A stretch of 64,000 bases of DNA from Malacoraja senta. Its lineage: Eukaryota. Made by a program: the position numbers and the translations under genes. The notes under the pieces are model-generated. The model did not search any database, had not been told where the DNA came from, and saw only the letters and a list, made by a program, of their open reading frames with translations. Position 1 is the stretch's first letter. The number at the start of each line of letters is the position of its first letter. Positions 51,525 to 64,000 of this stretch are shown here, piece after piece. The DNA lies in contig JAXLNO010000110.1 in NCBI GenBank assembly GCA_038087875.1, forward strand, positions 248,001-312,000, written 5' to 3'.

Positions 51525-54290
51525 CTGGACTGTCATATGCTGGGAGAATGGAGCGGCTGGGCTTGTATACACTGGAATTTAGAAGGATGAGAGGGAATCT
51601 TATTGAAACATATGGTTATTAAAGGATTGGACATGCTAGAGGCAGAAAACATGTTCCCGATGTTGGGGGAGTCCAGAACCAGGGGCCACAGTTTAAGAAT
51701 AAGGGGTCGGCCATTTAGAACGGAGATGAGGAAAAACGTTTTCACACAGAGAGTGGTGAGTCTGTGGAATTCTCTGCCTCAGAAGGCAGAGGAGGCCAAT
51801 TCTCTGGATGCGTTCAGGAGAGTTAGAAAGAGCTCTTAAAGATAGCGGAGTCAGGGGATATGGGGAGAAGGCAGGAACGGGGTATTGATTGTGGATGATC
51901 AGCCCGAATGGCCTACTCCTGCACCTATTGTCTATAAGGCAGTGCAGATGTAGTGTGTGACGGGACGGTATAGGAGGAGCATTATCTATGGAGACTTTAG
52001 TGATATAGGGTGGAAACAGGCCCATCGACTCACCGAGACTGCAGCGCCCAGCGATCGCCCCCGTATACTAGCACTGCACTAGGGACAATTTTCAATTCAC
52101 AGAAGCCAATTAACCTACAAGCACGCACTTCTTTGGAGTGTGGGAGGAAACCGGAGCACCCGGAGCAAACCTGCACGGTCACGGGGAGAACGTGCGGACT
52201 CCGCAACAGACAGCACCCGTAATCGGGATGGAACCCGGGTCTGTGGCGCTGTGAGGCAGCAACTCCACCATTGCGACGCCCCTTCCACTTCTCCACCAGG
52301 TTTGTGCCGTGAGAACCTACAGCAGTTAAAATGTGGGGACGATGAGTCGGCAGGAAGTGGGATGAGGGCTGAACATTGTTGAGATGTGTGAGCAGTATGT
52401 GGGTGGACCACCAAAGGCAGGTGTGAAGCGCTGAGCTGAGAGAAAGAGCAACAGGGGTGTCCCAGCTGCAGCGGGAAGCTGTTGTAAACTGGAAAATGTT
52501 CAGAGAAGATTTACGAGGATGCTGCCAGGGCCTGAGCTACAGGGAGAGGTTGAGCAGGCTGGGTGGGACTCTACTCCTTGGGGCACAGGAGGATGAGGGG
52601 TGATCTTATAGAGGTGTGCAAAATCAAGAGGGGAATAGATTGGGTGAATGCACAGTGTTTTACCCAGACTAGGGGAATCGAGAAGCAGAGGTCAATGGTA
52701 TAAGGTGAGCGGGGGAAAGAGGGGCAACTTTTATTACACAAAGGATGGTGGGTGTACGGAACGAGCTGCCAGAGGAGGTAGTTTAGGCAGGAACTATAGC
52801 ATTTAAAAGACATGAATTGCCAGATAATGCACTTTTACCCTGAGTTCGGGAACCAAGAACCAGAAGACATAGGATTAAGATGAGGGGGGGGGAAGATTTA
52901 ATAGGAACAGTACACTCTGGAATTTAGGATGAGAGGGGATCTCATGGAAACATATAAGATTGTTAAGGGCTTGGACACGCTAGAGGCAGGAAAAATGTTC
53001 CCGATGTTGGGGGAGTCCAGAACCAGGGGCCACAGTTTAAGAATAAGGAGTAAGCCATTTAGAACGGAGACAAGGAAACACTTTTTCTCACAGAGAGTGG
53101 TGAGTCTGTGGAATTCTCTGCCTCAGAGGGTGGTGGAGGCAGGTTCCCTGGATACTTTCAAGAGAGAGCTAGATAGGGCTCTTAAAAATAGCGGAGTCAG
53201 GGATATGAGGAGAAGGCAGGAACGGGGTACTGATTGGGGATGATCAGCCATGATCACATTAAATGGTGGTGCTGGCTCGAAGGGCCGAATGGCCTACTCC
53301 TGCACCTATTGTCTATTGAACCTGAGGTGCAATTTTTGATTACACAAAGGGCGGTGGGTGTATGGAACGAGCTGCTGCGGGAGGTAGTTGAGGCAGGTAC
53401 TATCACAAGTCAGAGGGTGGTGAATCTGTGGAATTCATTGCCACAGGCGGCGGTGGAGGCCATGAATGGATATTTTTAAGGCGGAGATTAGTTGATTAGT
53501 ACGGGTGTCAGGGGGTTGTGGGGAGAAGGAAGGAGAATGGGGTTGAGAGGGAAAGATCGATCGGCCATGATTGAATGGCGGAGTAGACGATGGACCGAAT
53601 GGCCTAATTCTGCTTCTATAACTTTACCGCACCGGAACGTTTAAAAAAAGATTTGGAGAGATGCATGGGATGGAAAGGTTTAGAGGGATATGGGCCAAAT
53701 GCAGGCAGGTGGGACTAGTGTAGATGGGGCACGTTGGTCAGTGCAGGCAAGTCGGGCTGAAGGGCCTGGTTCCATGCTGTGTCACTCTATGACTGTTGGG
53801 GACAGTCTTTGGTGTTGTCTATGTTCAGTGCAGGCCCTTGACCAGGCCAGAGTTGGGACATTGGTGTCCTTCATAAGTGGTCAGAGCAGAATTAGGCCAT
53901 TCGGCCCATCATGTCTACTCCGCCGTTCAATCATGGCTGATCTATCTTTCCCTCTCCTGTCTTCTCCCCATAACCCCTGACACCCGTACTAATCAAGAAT
54001 CGATCTATCTCTGCCTTAAAAATATCCACTGACTTGTGGCCTCCACAGCCGTCTGTGGCAATGAATTCCAAATATTCACCACCCTCTGACTAAAGAAATT
54101 CCTCCTCATCTCCTTCCTAAAGGAACGTGCTTTAATTCTGAGGCTGCGACCTCTGGTCCTAGACTCTCCCACTAGTGGAAACATCCTCTCCACATCCACT
54201 CTGTCCAGGCCCTTCACTATTCGGTAAGTTTCGATGAGGTCCCCCCTCATTCTTCTCAACTCCAGCGAGTACAGGCCCAGTGCCGTCGAA
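51525..54290. mobile_element. Cluster of CR1 3' fragments and a SINE
   Basis: Repeated RRMRGDL/ESRTRGHSL segments; SINE at 52010-52280(-). Confidence 0.8.
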
Positions 54291-55316
54291 TGCTTCTTGG
54301 ACTATACTGACCATTTGGAACTGGCCAGGGCACCAAGTCCCAGCGTTACGCACTGCTTCAGACAGGTAGGAGATCTAGCCACCAAACAATACAGCTCTGA
54401 TCATCAGATGACATTTAGTAAGACAACAGGAAATGTTGAGGTTTGGGCAAGAGTTGCGAACTTGCTGCTTTAGAGAGATGGAGGTGAACGCTAATAACAA
54501 TTTGACCTTGCACACGGTGTATAAATTAATGAGGGGGATAGATAGAGTGGACCGAAGATTTACGAGAATCTAGCCCGGACTCATCAGCCAGGGCATTGAG
54601 TATAGAACGTGTAGGACGGAACTGCAGATGCTGGGTTTACACCGAAGATGGACGCAAAATGCTGGAGGAACTCAGCGGGACAGGCGGCATCTCTGGAGAA
54701 GAGGAATGGGTGACGTTTCTGGTCGAGACCCTCTGGAGGTGTTCTGTGATCGCTGGTCGCCGCGGGGGTCGAGTGTATTGAACATAAAGTTGACAATTTT
54801 TTTTTCTTCTGATAACTGTTTGATTGTAAACTGCCAATGGCAGCCTTGACTCTGTATTTGTGTATAATTGAATAAAATATAATTTTGGATGATATAAAGT
54901 ATCACTGAACAAACATCGTCATCAAAGGAGGTACCAGGACCAGCAGTTGTCTGGAAATCAGTGGTCGACGTGTATTGTCCTGAACTTCTCATCAAAGTGG
55001 ATGCTAGCCCGCTCCTCCTGTTGCAAGTGCTAGAGGGACTCAGCAGCATCAGTTAGAGTCACAGAGTGATACAGTATGGAAACAGGTCCTTCGGCCCAAC
55101 GCCCACACCGGCCAACATGCCCCATCTACGCTAGTCCCACCTGCCCATATCCCTCCAAACCTGTCCTGTCCTTGTACCTGTCCAACTGTTTCTTAAACGT
55201 CGGGATAGTCCCAGCCCTCAACTACCTCCACCTATCCAAGTTGGAGGGGAGGGGTTGGGGGGGGGGGGGAGCAGCGGGCGGGGGGGACGGAGCGGGGGGA
55301 GGAGCGCGGTGTTTAC

Positions 55317-55436
55317 CTGGCGGAGAGGGTGGTGCCTGATGACTGGTTCGGGCTTGTTCATCACCACGCCGGCGGACACGGCGGTGGGCGAGGCTGACAC
55401 CACCGCCGCTTGCTGCTGTATTCGCTGTTCGATCTC
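55317..55436 (-). CDS. GATAD2B: GATAD2B third-from-last coding exon
   Basis: EIEQRIQQQAAVVSASPTAVSAGVVMNKPEPVIRHHPLRQ (cf. human EIEQRLQQQAA...RHHTLRQ, from memory); CAG acceptor, GTAAAC donor; 120 nt, phase 0/0. Confidence 0.93.
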
Positions 55437-55566
55437 CTGCCGGGGACCAAGAGACAACGGTTAGCGGGAAGACAGAGCTCCGGCAGAGGGAGGGGGAAGG
55501 AGGGTAGATAACCTACAGCAGGGTTCACCTGTTGTGTAAGAAGCAACTGCCCATGCTGGCTCAAAC

Positions 55567-57424
55567 CAAAGATACTAGAGGAGCAAGATAGACCACTCCT
55601 ACGAAATCCAATGGACTGACGTGTAGTACGCATCGCAACGCAACGGAACGTCACTTCCGCCATTTTAGGAATAAGACCCCGATCCCCGTTATGTCTCTCG
55701 CAGTTTAATCCACGTCAATCCATTGGATTTTGCAGTTTATCTTGGTCTATTTTAGATAGATAGATAGATAGAAACTTTATTTGCCACACGACCAGGGTTG
55801 GTGGTAATTGGGTTCGGTACATGATGGTACACTGCTTTAGCACATTAACACTAATAACAACACAGATCATAATAATAAAGCACATCACAAATCATAGTGC
55901 AAAAGAACAGACAAAAACCATAGACAAGACACTGTATACATCAAAGTCAAAAAGTTATTGGAGGGAATTAAGTGTTCTTATTGCTGAGGGGAAGAAACTG
56001 TTTTTTAAAACGGGTGGATTTTGTAGCAAGTGACCTAAGGCGCCTCCCTGAAGGGAGAGACTGGAAAAGGTGGTTTGCTGGATGGGAGGGGGGTCCGAGA
56101 TGATCTTTGTTGCCCGTTTTGAGCTACGTTGGAGGTAAATGGAATGGATTGAGGGGAGAGTTGATGATCCTAGAGGCCTTGGAGACAATGCGCTGTATTC
56201 TGTGTAGTGAGTGACTGTCAGTGTTTCCGTACCAGACTGTGATTGAGGAGGTGATGATGCTTTCAATGATGGATTGATAGAAGCGTACCAGGAGGTGTTT
56301 GTGGACTCTGAACTTCTTGAGCTGTCTGAGGAAGTATAGGCGTTGTTGTCCTTTCTTAATGATGTGGTCTGCATTGATGTGCCATTTTAGATTATTGCAG
56401 ATATAGGTGCCCAGAAACTTAAATAAGTTCGTGGAGGTTATGGGATGGGAGTTGACATGGACCGGGAGTTTGAGGTTTTGTTTGCATCTGAAATCTATGA
56501 TGGTTTCTAAGGTTTTTGAGGTGTTAAGCTGGAGGTTGTTTTCTGCGCACCATTTGACTGCGCTGTCCACTGTTTGAATGTATTGTGATTCATTGTTGTC
56601 TGAGATGAGGCCAATTATTGTCGTGTCGTCTGCATATTTGAACATTTTAACTGAGCTGCATTGGGATGTGAGGTTGTTGGTGTAAAGTGTAAAGTGAGAA
56701 GAGCTGAGGTGACAGAACGCACCCTTGAGGGGCTCTTGTGTTGAGAGTCAGATGGCTGGAGAGTTTTTCACCCACCTTGACTCTTTGTTGTCTGTTTGTC
56801 AGAAAATGTAAAATCCAATGGCACAAGGCTAGGTGAATGCCCATGTCCAACAGTTTATTGTAGAGTTTAATTGGTGTATAGTGTTAAAGGCCGAGCTAAA
56901 ATCTATAAACAGGATGCGTGCATAAGTGTTCGGTGATTCAAATGATGTAGGGAGTAGTGAAGAGCTAGGTTGATAGCATCCTCCACAGACCGGTTGGCGC
57001 TGTATGCAAATTGAAAAGGGTCCATGATGGGGACAGTGTGTGTTTTCAGATGGGTGAGGACTATGTGCTCAAAGGCCTTCATGGCAAACTGATGTTAGTG
57101 CAACAGGTCTAAAATCTTCTAGAATTAGCCTTCTATGATAGACCATAATGATCTTTGTTTTTAATAAATAAGGTGCTTTCTTTTAAAAAAAATGTTTTTT
57201 AAGGGAAACTGCGTATAAAATGGGCGGCAATGTGCAATGAAAGGTCTCTGGACCATATGCATTCTATGCTTCGCTTGTAGATGTGGACGCAATGACAGAA
57301 GCCCATAAAAAAAAAACCCTCATATATTTGATTCCCAAAATGGCGTGAAAAGATTACCCATGAACCCATGACCGTACTACGGCTTTTTCTTCAAGTGGCC
57401 TATCTTGCTCCTCTAGTATCTTTG
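55567..57424. mobile_element. P-element-like (or hAT) non-autonomous TIR element with a nested LINE
   Basis: 31-bp TIRs CAAAGATACTAGAGGAGCAAGATAG(A/G)CCACT; flanking 8-mers GCTCAAAC / GTTTAAAC as an imperfect TSD. Confidence 0.75.
55753..57120 (-). mobile_element. Rex1/Babar-type LINE, 5'-truncated
   Basis: [37 protein letters not shown]; (CTAT)n tail. Confidence 0.87.
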
Positions 57425-58079
57425 GTTTAAACCAAAGGAAGGCACAAAAAGCTGGAGTAACTCAGCGGGACAGGCAGCATCTCTGGAGAGAAAGGAACGG
57501 GTGACATTTTAGGTCGTTCTCTCCAGAGATGCTGCCTGTCCGCTGATTACTCCAGCGTTTTGTGTCTATCAAGGTTCACCTGTTCTTGCTCAAAACAGGG
57601 ATGCAAATTTTGGGCACCATATATAAATATATATGTGATACGATAGAACTTTATTTCTCCCAGGAGGGAAATTGCTCTGCCAACAGTCATAAAAACACAA
57701 AATACATGAACACATGAAGTGACATAGATACATAGATATAGAAAATAGGTGCAGGAGTAGGCCATTCGGCCCTTCGAGCCTGCACCGCCATTCAATATGA
57801 TCATGGCTGAGTGACGAGTGGAAACGCTTGGGGGGATGTGCAAAGATGGGGGGGGGGGGGGGGGAGTCAGCCTCAGTCTACCCCACGACAGAAGGGGGAG
57901 GGGTTGTACAGTTTGATAGCCACAGAGAAGAAGGCGTTCTGTGCTGCATCTTGGTGGAACCAGTCTGTTGCTGAAGGTGCTCCTCAGGTTGACCAGTGTG
58001 TCACGGAGGGGGCGAGCTGTGTTGTCCAGGATGCTCCGCAGTTTGAGGAGAATCCTCACCTCGGAGTCCACCTCCATGA

Positions 58080-58600
58080 ATCTAATCTGAGGAAGGATCT
58101 GCTGGCTCTGGAGAGGGTCCAGAGGAGGTTTACAAGAACGATCCCAGGAATGAGTGGGTTAGCGTATGATGAGCGTTTGTCAGCCCTGGACCTGTACTCG
58201 CTGGAGTTTAGAAGGATGAGGGGGGGGGATCTCATTGAAACGTGCAGAATAGTGAAATGCTTGGATAGAGTGGATGTGGAGAGGATGTTTCCACTCGTGG
58301 GAGAGTCTAGGACCAGAGGGCACAGCCTCAGAATTAAAGGACGTTCTTTTAGGAAGGTGATGAGGAGAAATTTCTTTCGTCAGAGGGCGGTGAATCGGTG
58401 GAATTCTTTGCCACAGATGGCTGTGGAGGCCAAGCCATTGGGTATTCTTAAGGCAGAGATAAATAGATTATTGATTAGTACAGGTTCAGAGGTTATGGGG
58501 AGAAGGCAGGAGAAATGGGGTTAGGAGGAAGAGATAGATCAACCATGATTGAATGGTAGACTTGATGGGCCGAATGGCCTAATTCTACTCCTATTCCTTA
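58080..58600 (+). mobile_element. CR1 3' fragment
   Basis: NLRKDLLALERVQRRFTR...ESRTRGHSLRIKG. Confidence 0.85.
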
Positions 58601-60030
58601 TAGATAGGCATGTTCCTCAACCTGTGGCGTTGCTGGTAGATAGGGTAGATAGTTTCGGCACATTTGCCTTCATCAGTCAGAGAATTGAGTGTAAAAGATA
58701 GACACGGAGTTCTGGAGTAACTCAGTGGGTCAGGCAGCATCTCTGGAGTGACATTTTGGGTCGAGACCTTTGATGAGATGGACTAGAAGATAGACGCAGA
58801 GTGCTGGAGTAACTCAGCAGGTCAGGCAGCATCTCTGGAGAACATAACGTGTCGGGTCCGGACGCTTCTTTGGAGAGGGAGGGTGTTGGAGAGGATTCAA
58901 TGTTCATACTGTTGGGTTGTCAGCTCACCAAGCGGAATATGAATCATAGAGTGATACAGCGTGGAAACAGGCCCTTCGGCCCAACTTGCCCACACCGGCC
59001 AACCAAACTGGTCCAGGAGCGCAAAAGACGGCAAAAAGTTGTGACCACTGCCCAGTCCATCACCGGCTCTGACCTCCCCACCATCGAAGGGGTCTATCGA
59101 AGTCGCTGCCTCAAAAAGGCTGCCAACATCATCAGAGACCCTACACCATCCTGGCCACACACTCATTTCACTTTTTGCCATCGGGAAGAAGGTACAGGAG
59201 CCTGAAAACTGTAACGTCCAGGTTCAGGAACAGCTCCTTCCCACAGCCATCAGGCTATTAAGCACGACAACTAATAAGCTCTGAACTACAACGGACTAGT
59301 ATTATTATTGCACTATGTTTATTGAGTATGTGTGCATGTGTACACACACACTGGACTTTTTCTCTCCGTTATGTACTATGTTGACATATTCTGTTGTGCT
59401 GCAGCAAGCAAGGATTTCATTGTCCTATCTGGGACATATGACAATAAAACACTCTTGACTCCTGACATGTCCCAGCTACACTAGTCCCACCTGCCTGCGT
59501 TTCGTCCATATCCCTCCAAACCTGCCCTATCCATGTACCTGTCTAACTGTTTCTTAAACGCTGGGATAGTCCCAGCCTCAACTACCTCCTCTGGCAGCTC
59601 GTTCCATACAACCACCACCCTCTGTGTGAAAACGTTACCGCTCTGATTCCGATTCAATCGTTTCCCTTCATCTGAAATCTATGCTTCTCGATTCCCGTAC
59701 TCTGGGCGAGAGACTCTGTGCATCTAACCCGATCTATTCAGCTCATGATTCTATCAGTTGGTTTGCGCGATGGTCTGAGCTGCAACTCTCTGCGATTTCT
59801 TGCGGTCTTGGATGGAGCTGTTGCCAAACCGTGCTGTTTATGCTGTTTACGGAGGCATGGTGTGGATATAACCAGGATATTTAACACCTCAAGTGTATCA
59901 CCTTGCTGGCTAATGTGCTGAATATGACAAGATAAAAGCAGTTCATGTTTTAGCACTTTGGGAGTTGATTGTAAGGAGAAAGTATACAGTTAACAGCATA
60001 TGACCCTGAGCAACAATGATGTACAGTGGG

Positions 60031-60712
60031 ATAGACAATAGGTGCAGGAGTAGGCCATTCGGCCCTTTGAGCTAGCACCACCATTCAATATGATCATGGC
60101 TGATCATCCCCAATCAGTACCCCGTTCCTGCCTTCTCCCCATATCCCCTGACTCCGCTATTTTTAAGAGCCCTATCTAGCTCTCTCTTGAAAGCATCCAG
60201 AGAACCTGCCTCCACCGCCCTCTGAGGCAGAGAATTCCACAGACTCACCAATCTCTGTGAGAAAAAGTGTTTCCTCGTCTCCGTTCTAAATGGCTTACTC
60301 CCTATTCTTAAACTGTGGCCCCTGGTTCTGGACTCCCCCAACATCGGGAACATGTTTCCTGCCTCTAGTGTGTCCAAGCCCTTAGCAATCTTATATGTTT
60401 CAATGAGATTCCCTCTCATCCTTCTAAACTCCAGAGTGTACAAGCCCAGCTGCTCCATTCTCTCAGCGTATGACAGTCCCGCCATTCCGGGAATCAACCT
60501 TGTAAACATACGCTGCACTCCCTCAATAGCAAGAATGTCCTTCCTCAAATTAGGGGACCAAAACTGCACACAATACTCCAGGTGTGTTCTCACTAGGGCT
60601 CTGTACAACTGCAGAAGGACCTCTTTGCTCCTATATTCGACTCCTCTTTTTATAAAGGCCAACATGCCATTCGCTTTCTTCACTGCCTGCTGTACCTGCA
60701 TGCTTACTTTCA
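60031..60712 (-). mobile_element. Young CR1 3' fragment in a GATAD2B intron
   Basis: Open ORF 60114..60752; near-identical to 50187-50845 in the opposite orientation. Confidence 0.92.
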
Positions 60713-61539
60713 TGGATCTTGGTCTCCAAGTCCACAGCTCAATGAAACGCAAGACAGGGTGGTAAAGAAGGTATGCGGTATGCTTGCCTTCAAAGGCTGG
60801 GGCATTGAATAGAAGACAGACACAAAAAGCTGGAGCAATTCAGCGGGTCAGGCAGCATCTGCGGAGAAAAGGAATAGGCGACGTTTCAGATCGAGACCTT
60901 CCTTCAAGGGTCTCGACCCGAAACGTCACTTAGTCCTTTTGTCCAGAGATGCTGCCAGACCCGCTAAGTTACTCCAGCTTTTTGTGTCTATCTTCGTTGG
61001 AAATCAGCATCTGCAGTTCCTTCCCACACATTAAATAAAGATTCAGGAAGTCACGTTGCATAAAACTTTTGGTTAGGCCTCAAATGGAATAATGTTGGCA
61101 GTTCTGGTTGGCCCATTACAGGAAAATGCATCCCTGGATTCGAGGGTAGTAGCTATAAGGAGAGGTTTCACAGACTTGGATTGTGTTCTCTGATGTGTCA
61201 GAGGCTGGGGGAAGACGGGATAGAAATATATATAATGATGAGAGGTGTAGATAGGACAGATAGAACTTGGGGCGGCCCTGCGGTAGAGTTACTGCCTCAC
61301 AGCGCCAGAGACCCGGGTTCCATCCTGACTACACAGACTTTATACCTTCTCCCCGTGACCTGCGTGGGTTTTCCCCGGGTGCTCCGGTTTCCTCCCACAC
61401 TCCAAGGGAGTGCAGGTTTGTAGGGTAATTGGCTTCGGTGAAGATTGTAAACTGTCCCTAGTGTGTTAATGTGCGGGGATCACTGGTCGGCGCGGACCCG
61501 GTGGGCCAAAGAGTCTGTATCTCTTGGACTAAACTAAAA

Positions 61540-62210
61540 CTTGGTGTCCAAGTCCCATAGTTCCTTGAACGTAGCAACAGGAGTAGACAGGGCGGTAAGG
61601 AAGGCATATTCCATGCGTGCCTTCATAGGGCAGGACATTAAATAAGAATCAGGAAGTCACCTTGCATAAAACTTTGGTTAGACCACAATTGGAATATTGT
61701 TCACAGTTCTGGTCACCCCCATTACAGGAAGAATGTGGGGGCTTTGGGAGGGTGCAGAGGAGGTTTACCACAACGATGCCTGGATTGGAGGCATATTATC
61801 TGCAGGGAGAGGTTGGACACACTTGGCTGAGGCTGAGGGGAGAACTGATAGTGGTTTATAAAATCATGAGACAGTCACAGCCTTTCCCCCCACCCCCCCA
61901 GGGTGGAAATGTCCACCACTAGAGGGCGCAGCTTTAAGGTGAGAGGGGCAAAGTTTAAAGGAGATGTGCGGGGCAGGTTTTTTTTACACAGAGGGTGGTG
62001 GGTGCCTGGAACGCACTGCCAGGGGTGGTGGTGGAGGCAGATACGATCGTGGTGTTTAAGAGGCCTGTGGACGGGCACACGGACATGCAGGGAATGGAGG
62101 GACACGGATCACGTGCAGGCAGGGAAGATCAGTTTAACTTGGGCGTCGTGTACGGCACGGACATTGTGGGCCGAAGGGCCAGTTCCCGTGCTGGACTCTT
62201 CTGTGTTTAA
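61540..62210 (+). mobile_element. Older CR1 3' fragment
   Basis: KTLVRPQLEYCSQFWSP and TTRGRSFKVRG. Confidence 0.78.
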
Positions 62211-63492
62211 TGTTACATTTCCGATTATTGATGTGTTCAAAACAATACATATGGGCAGATAAGGCGCGACATAGTATTACCTGAAACATTTAGGCTCAGG
62301 ATAATTTAGATGTCCGGGTTATTTCAGTTTTAGTGGTCATGATGAGAACGTGCAAACTCCACACTGACAGTACCAGAGGTCAGGATCAAACTCACGTCTC
62401 ATAAAGTCATAAGGAATAGGAACAGAATTAGGCCATTCAGCCCATCAAGTCTTCAATCATGGCTGATCCATCTCTCCCTCCTAACCCCATTCTCCTGCCT
62501 TCTCCCCATAACCCCTGACATCCGTACTAATCGAGGATCTATCTATCTTTGCCTTACAAATATCCACTGACTTGTGGCCTCCACCTCCGTCTGTGGCAAA
62601 GAATCCCACAGATTCACCACCCCCTGACACAGGGTTTCTGGTGCTGTGAGGCAGTGGCTCTGCCAGCTGCCCCACAGTCGGGCGTTAGTTTAACCTCTGA
62701 TAGCTGGCCTCACCCCTCAGCTTCACCCGATCCAGTTTGCATTGATGTTGCCGACGTAGAGATGGTCGGAAGACTTCAAACTCCTCGGAGTCACTAACAC
62801 CAACAACTTCTCCTGGACCACCCATACTGAAGCAACGAGCAAGAGAGCACTCCCTTAGAAGCCCGAGGAAGTTTGGCACGCCCCCCTACAACTCTCACCA
62901 ACTTCTACAGATGCGCTGTAGACAGCATTTTTATGGGGATGCGTCATGGCTTGGTTTGGGAACAGCTCCAACTAAGACAGTAAGAAATCGCAGCAAATTG
63001 TGGACGCAGCCCAGACCGTCACGCACACAAACCAACCTCCCTTCCCACCGACTCCATCTACACCTCGCGCTGCCTCGGCAAGGCCAGCAGCATCATCACG
63101 GACCAGTCTCACCCCCCGGTCACTCCCTCTTCTCCCCTCTCCCATCGGGTAAGAGGTACAGAAATGTGAAAACAAACGCACACATCTCCCAGATTCAGGG
63201 ACAGTTTCTTCCCGGCTGTATCAGGCAACTGAACCGTCCTATCACCAACTAGAGAGCGGTCCTGAACTACTATCTACCTCATTGGTGACCATTGGACTTG
63301 ATCAGACTTTGCTGGCTTTACCTTGCACTAAACGTTGTTCCATTATCATGTCTCTATTCTTCTTCTTGGGACGTAACTATACACTGTAAATGGATCGATT
63401 GTAATCATGCATTGTCTTTGTGCTGAAGGCAGACACAAAAAGCTGGAGTAACTCAGCGGGACAGGCAGCATCTCTGGAGAGAAGGAATGGGT

Positions 63493-63520
63493 GACGTTTC
63501 GGGTCGAGACCCTTCTTCAG
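63493..63520 (-). ncRNA. Minimal hammerhead ribozyme core in a Penelope end
   Basis: Minus strand reads CTGAAGA-A-GGGTCTCGACCC-GAAAC-GTC with a GUC cleavage triplet. Confidence 0.6.
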
Positions 63521-64000
63521 AGACCTTCCGCTGCCAGGCTATCACGCAACAAAACATCTTTTCACTACACCTCGGTACATGTGCCAATAAACTAAACTGA
63601 CTGCTCCGTTCCCAGCTTTCCTATCTTGTCCCAGCTGTTTAATTCCAGATTCGATGAAAAGAAATTCAAACCGTCAGCAAGGCGTGGTGGGATTCGAACT
63701 CAGACACGTTTGATTATTAATTCCATGCAGGACTATAGTCGGGGCAAGTGGGGGGAATGGCTTGTTCAGTGGTGACCCCTGCTGGCGACGGTGGGCACTG
63801 CTGGGCTCCACACAAGGTTCCGCTGTGACTGGAAGGCTCTCCACAGTCGGAGAGGCACTGAGGAGGTGCTGGAGTAACTCAGCGGGTCAGGCAGCATCTC
63901 TGGAGGAAAGGAATAGGTGATGTTTCGGGTCGAGACCCTTCTTCAGGCTGAGAGTCAGGGGAAAGGGAAACAAGGGATTTAGACGGCCAAGTAGAGAGAT

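Noticed and set aside
54890..55050. Possible alternative terminal GATAD2B exon (EERASIHFDEKFRTIHVDH-stop)
   Set aside because: Weak polypyrimidine tract, no recognisable homology, and the canonical downstream exons are present.
57560..57620. Minus-strand EQEQ followed by GTGAAC, resembling the end of the upstream GATAD2B exon (…ALQQEQ)
   Set aside because: Upstream residues (NLHPCF) do not match and there is no GATA finger; the sequence overlaps a TSD. The real exon appears to lie beyond the window.

Overview
Eukaryotic (vertebrate) genomic DNA, very repeat-dense. The repeat content (CR1/HER1-type LINEs, tRNA-headed HE1-like SINEs, Penelope ends) suggests a cartilaginous fish such as a skate or ray; this is an inference. 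One host gene is recognisable: the last three coding exons of GATAD2B (p66-beta, NuRD subunit) on the minus strand (55436-55317, 47855-47735, 46142-46009), with a probable ~3.2 kb 3' UTR. Most of the rest is layered transposable elements: a full-length decayed Tc1, many CR1 copies, L1, Tx1, Rex/Babar, Penelope, hAT, Harbinger and P-like elements, SINEs, microsatellites and one 200-N gap. The best finding is a 3.3 kb hAT-type TIR element (18306-21639) that splits a CR1 ORF2 with a target-site duplication and carries what looks like exon 1 plus the splice donor of the host DNA-repair gene TDP2, i.e. a Pack-TIR-like gene capture. Also notable are a head-to-tail array of about seven Helitron-like elements (24.9-32.2 kb), minimal hammerhead-ribozyme cores in the Penelope ends, a four-layer nested insertion in a GATAD2B intron, and a ~3.5 kb tandem duplication. 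Family and gene assignments come from motif recognition by eye, not database searches; boundaries of decayed repeats are approximate.
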